In this document: in pieces, positions 60,820 through 64,000 of the stretch | Position numbering within the stretch: position 1 is the stretch's first letter | How the letters are laid out: the number at the start of each line of letters is the position of its first letter | Source of the DNA: Gammaproteobacteria bacterium | Lineage (GTDB): Bacteria; Pseudomonadota; Gammaproteobacteria; Steroidobacterales; UBA11654 | Direction: 5' to 3' | DNA length: 64,000 nt | NCBI GenBank assembly: GCA_029941465.1 | Contig: JAPYQN010000002.1 | Coordinates: forward strand, 548-64,547 | The notes under the pieces: model-generated | What the model saw: only the letters and a program-made list of their open reading frames with translations | Databases searched by the model: none | What the model was told of the DNA's origin: nothing | Translations under genes and position numbers: made by a program

Positions 60820-61485
60820 ATGAGTGATATAAAAATTTACAGTTTTGATAAATGCCCTTTCGCGCAGAGGACGAGAATGGCTCTGATTGAAAAAGGACTT
60901 GATTTTGAATTGATTGAGATCGATGTCTATAACAAACCAGACTGGTTTTTAGAGATCTCACCATACGGGAAAGTTCCTGTCGTAGTTCATGAAGGAAGGG
61001 CCATCTATGAATCAGCAATCATTAATGAATACCTAGAGGAAAAATACCCAGAAGTTGCTTTGATGCCAGATGATCATTATGAGAGAGCACGAGCAAGAAT
61101 TTGGATCGATTATTGTTCTAATTATTATCTTCCAGCTTGCACAAGACTACTCCGAGACCATCAGGATGATGATCGTCAACAACAGAACTTAAAGATAGTT
61201 GGAGAGCGTTTACTTTATATTGAAAAAGAATGCTTTGCTCAAAATGATGGTGGTGTTTTCTGGATGGGTGAACAATTAACACTGGTCGATTTACATTACG
61301 CACCTTTTTTTGAACGCTTTGGTGCCTATGAACATTTATTTGATGCTAAATGGCCAAAAGAATGCAGAAAAATTAGATCCTGGTGGGATGCTATGCAAGA
61401 TAGAAAGAGCTATTTAGAAACATTTTTACCGACTGAATCACATATCGCAACATATTCAAATATGATGCAACGAATTGCTTCTTAA
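60820..61485 (+). CDS. Glutathione S-transferase, Cys-type (omega-class-like)
   Basis: The CPFAQRTR active-site motif sits at the start of the thioredoxin-like domain. Also contains VPVVVHEG..IYES.II.EYL. Confidence 0.85.
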   Translation: MSDIKIYSFDKCPFAQRTRMALIEKGLDFELIEIDVYNKPDWFLEISPYGKVPVVVHEGRAIYESAIINEYLEEKYPEVALMPDDHYERARARIWIDYCSNYYLPACTRLLRDHQDDDRQQQNLKIVGERLLYIEKECFAQNDGGVFWMGEQLTLVDLHYAPFFERFGAYEHLFDAKWPKECRKIRSWWDAMQDRKSYLETFLPTESHIATYSNMMQRIAS

Positions 61486-62684
61486 TCAGTCCTTAAAGCT
61501 TCGATCGGGTCAAGTTGAGCTGCTGCCCTTGCAGGCAGATAACCGGCTACTAATCCAATAAATAGAGAAATGATGACTGCATAGACGATATATTCCCATG
61601 CGACAGCAATTGGCATGTCAGGATAAATAGCCAGCGCTATATTGATGGCTAAGAACCCAATCGAAAGCCCTAACAAGGCCCCTAAGATTGCTAAAAAAAT
61701 AGATTCCAATAAAAACACATCTTGAATTCTCTTGCGTGAAGCACCTAAAGCTCTTAACACTCCAATTTCTGAAGTTCTTTCATTGACAGCAACTGTCATG
61801 ATTGTGAATATACCGACCCCACCCACTAAAAGTGAAATTCCGCCAAAAGCTGCAACAGTAAATTTCAACCATTTCATAATATCACCTAAGGTTTCCAACA
61901 TATCTGCTTGAGTGGTAATGGTGGTGTCGTCACCACCATGTCGACTGATCAGTAATCTTTTTATTGAAGCCACAGCCTCATCGGCTGTTACCCCGTCCTT
62001 ATGAATGACATCAATCTCTTGGAACCCATCCCTATTGAACATTGAATTAAATTTAGCTATAGGAATATAAATAGCGTCATCAAGATCCATGCCTAAAAAA
62101 TCACCTTTTGCTGGCAACACGCCCACCACACGGAATCGTACGGAATTAACCCTAACTGTTAACCCTAACGGGTTGTTTGTGCCAAATAATTCCTCTTTTA
62201 GTTTGGGGCCAAGAACGGCATAAGCTCTTGGGGTTTTTGGATTATCATCAGGCAAATATTCACCGAACATCGTATTCTCTGCACCAACAATAATATCGTA
62301 ATCTGAACCTGTGCCTATAACCATTGATCTTCTCATTCGATCAGCACTTTCAATCTCGCCGCCACCTCCAGAAACTGGAACGACTGTTTCAACGACTGGG
62401 AGTCGTTCAAGTGCTTCTGCATCTTCAAATGATAAAGGTCTTACAGTACCAAACACTCCCAACGGCAACCCCATTGTTTGCTCTTTACCAGGCGATATTC
62501 CAATGATATTAGTACCGAACTGAGTAAATTGTGAAACAATGTAATCTTGCAAGCCTTGTCCTAAACCTGTTAAAAAAATCACACAAACAACGCCAACTGC
62601 AATTCCCAGGGAAGTCAGAAAACTCCTCATTTTCTGAGAAATTACTGAGTAGGATGAAAAGAGAATAATATCTTTAAGTTTCAT
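61482..62684 (-). CDS. ABC transporter permease, FtsX/MacB-type
   Basis: TM1, a large periplasmic domain, and a C-terminal FtsX 3-TM bundle (...LRALGASRKRI...). I prefer the ATG at 62684, 1 nt after the upstream stop. The ORF is open to 62708. Confidence 0.8.
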   Translation of the reverse strand: MKLKDIILFSSYSVISQKMRSFLTSLGIAVGVVCVIFLTGLGQGLQDYIVSQFTQFGTNIIGISPGKEQTMGLPLGVFGTVRPLSFEDAEALERLPVVETVVPVSGGGGEIESADRMRRSMVIGTGSDYDIIVGAENTMFGEYLPDDNPKTPRAYAVLGPKLKEELFGTNNPLGLTVRVNSVRFRVVGVLPAKGDFLGMDLDDAIYIPIAKFNSMFNRDGFQEIDVIHKDGVTADEAVASIKRLLISRHGGDDTTITTQADMLETLGDIMKWLKFTVAAFGGISLLVGGVGIFTIMTVAVNERTSEIGVLRALGASRKRIQDVFLLESIFLAILGALLGLSIGFLAINIALAIYPDMPIAVAWEYIVYAVIISLFIGLVAGYLPARAAAQLDPIEALRTD

Positions 62685-62685
62685 A

Positions 62686-63900
62686 TTATTTGTTCCCAGA
62701 TAAAGCAATCACAGGATCCAGTTTAGAAGCTCTTCTAGCAGGAAGCAATCCAAAAACAATCCCTGACACCAAAGCCACAATTATCGAAACAAACGATGCC
62801 CAAAGTGGCGGTAAAAAGTTGAAGGTAGGAAACGCTAATTTTAAAACTTGAGTTATCGTGTGTCCAAAGACCAATCCAAGAATTGCTCCTGTACCAGATA
62901 AAATAATGGCTTCAGTCATAAACAAATAACTAATCTGCTTATTTTTTGCGCCAATGGCCTTAAGCAAACCAATTTCTGATTGACGTTGAGAGACCGCGAC
63001 TAACATAACATTCATGATAAGAATGCCAGCCACAAATAAACTGATCGAAGCAATGGAAGCTAAAGCCATGGTCAAAACATTAAAGATATTATCAAAAGAT
63101 TGCATGACCGCATCTTGCCTGATCACGGTAATATCTTCCTTTCCCTGATGACGCTTTTTGATAATTCTAATGATGTCTTTCTTGATCTGGTCCATCTCCC
63201 ATGTGTTGCTTGCCTGGACAGCGATCCTAAATAGTGAAGGTCGATTGAATAATGCAGTGGCTAAACTCACTGGCATAACCACAATCTTCTGAGTGTCAAT
63301 CCCAATGGCTCTTCCTTCAGTGCCAATAATACCAGTGACACGACATCGCCTATCGCCTACCCTAAGCCATTGCCCGATAGCATTATTTTTACCAAAAAGT
63401 TCAGACTCAACCTCTTTACCAATGACACAAACCGGAGGGGAACGGTCTAGGGTAACTCCAGGTAAGAAATTACCTACCTCCATTTCCCAGTTTCTGACGG
63501 CTAAAAAGGAAGGGGTTGTGCCTATTATGGGAACAGATCGCTCCAAACCATTAAATTGAGCTGGAGTTTCTCCAATAACGATTGGAGCTATATTTTTCAC
63601 TCCCTCAATTCGCCTTAGACTAATGGCATCTTCAACAGTCAAATCTCTTGGTGCGACGCCAGCTAAATCTACAGGTCCCATTCCTCCTGAGGTTTCATTC
63701 TTTCCAGGTACAACAAAGAGTAGATTGGTCCCCATATCCTTAAATTGACCGGTGATATAGTCCCTAGCCCCTTCTCCAACAGCAGTTAAAAGGATCACTG
63801 CCATTACACCAATGGAGGTTGCGATGAGCAACATTAGAGTTCGTAATGGGTATCGTACAAGAGTACTAAATGCTAAAAAAATTAGATCATAGAAACGCAT
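62686..63900 (-). CDS. ABC transporter permease, FtsX/MacB-type (paralogous partner)
   Basis: The architecture is the same (LLKAIGAKNKQI...). The ATG lies 2 nt after the stop of the upstream ATPase gene. Confidence 0.8.
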   Translation of the reverse strand: MRFYDLIFLAFSTLVRYPLRTLMLLIATSIGVMAVILLTAVGEGARDYITGQFKDMGTNLLFVVPGKNETSGGMGPVDLAGVAPRDLTVEDAISLRRIEGVKNIAPIVIGETPAQFNGLERSVPIIGTTPSFLAVRNWEMEVGNFLPGVTLDRSPPVCVIGKEVESELFGKNNAIGQWLRVGDRRCRVTGIIGTEGRAIGIDTQKIVVMPVSLATALFNRPSLFRIAVQASNTWEMDQIKKDIIRIIKKRHQGKEDITVIRQDAVMQSFDNIFNVLTMALASIASISLFVAGILIMNVMLVAVSQRQSEIGLLKAIGAKNKQISYLFMTEAIILSGTGAILGLVFGHTITQVLKLAFPTFNFLPPLWASFVSIIVALVSGIVFGLLPARRASKLDPVIALSGNK

Positions 63901-63902
63901 AA

Positions 63903-64000
63903 TTAATTCTTTTTATCATTAATAATTTTTCCATCAAGGAGTTCAATCAATCGATCAGAGCGTGAACCCATCTCAACATCATGGGTTACAAGCATAAGAG
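63903..64000 (-). CDS. ABC transporter ATP-binding protein, C-terminal fragment (rest outside window)
   Basis: The minus-strand frame reads ...LMLVTHDVEMGSRSDRLIELLDGKIINDKKN*, the typical H-loop/C-terminus of MacB/LolD-type ATPases. Confidence 0.6.
   Translation of the reverse strand, partial: LMLVTHDVEMGSRSDRLIELLDGKIINDKKN

Overview
This is a gene-dense, AT-rich chromosome segment (roughly mid-30s % GC by eye) with about 68 protein genes and 2 tRNAs, many separated by 0-14 nt gaps or overlaps. LptD, SurA, LolB and a TonB-dependent receptor indicate a Gram-negative organism. The gene order matches conserved Pseudomonas/E. coli core blocks, so it looks like a streamlined marine-type gammaproteobacterium (inference). 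Layout: (a) 1-4.3 kb holds an EamA permease fragment and a potFGHI-type polyamine ABC importer. (b) 4.3-21.1 kb looks accessory: TPR-sulfotransferase, Asp/Asn beta-hydroxylase-like protein, TonB-dependent receptor, UbiD-family decarboxylase, Rieske and flavin oxygenases, signal-peptide SDR, DUF2891-like protein, D-aminoacylase, DUF1015 and unknowns. (c) 21.1-54.3 kb is housekeeping: tRNA-CAU, ychF, short metE-like gene, pth, rplY, csp, prs, tRNA-Gln, lolB, prfA-prmC-moeB, gatCAB, mreBCD-mrdA-rodA-mltB-rlpA-dacA-lipB, metC-murU-amgK, lptD-surA-pdxA-rsmA-apaH, thyA, lgt. (d) 54.3-61.5 kb is a second accessory islet: second copies of the SDR and of an unknown propeller-like protein, two membrane-anchored alpha/beta hydrolases, GNAT, Cys-rich secreted protein, M20 peptidase, GST. 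(e) 61.5-64 kb encodes an FtsX-type ABC transporter. I found no CRISPR array, integrase/transposase, phage, toxin-antitoxin or recognisable defence genes, and no transcription factor. Nothing here is demonstrably a new system. The best follow-up candidates are the receptor-linked block of orphan oxygenase/decarboxylase/unknown genes (7.2-17.3 kb), the duplicated propeller + signal-peptide C-factor-like SDR gene set, the TPR-sulfotransferase/beta-hydroxylase pair, and a single-barrel MetE homolog. All calls come from motif and synteny recognition by eye, with no database searches.
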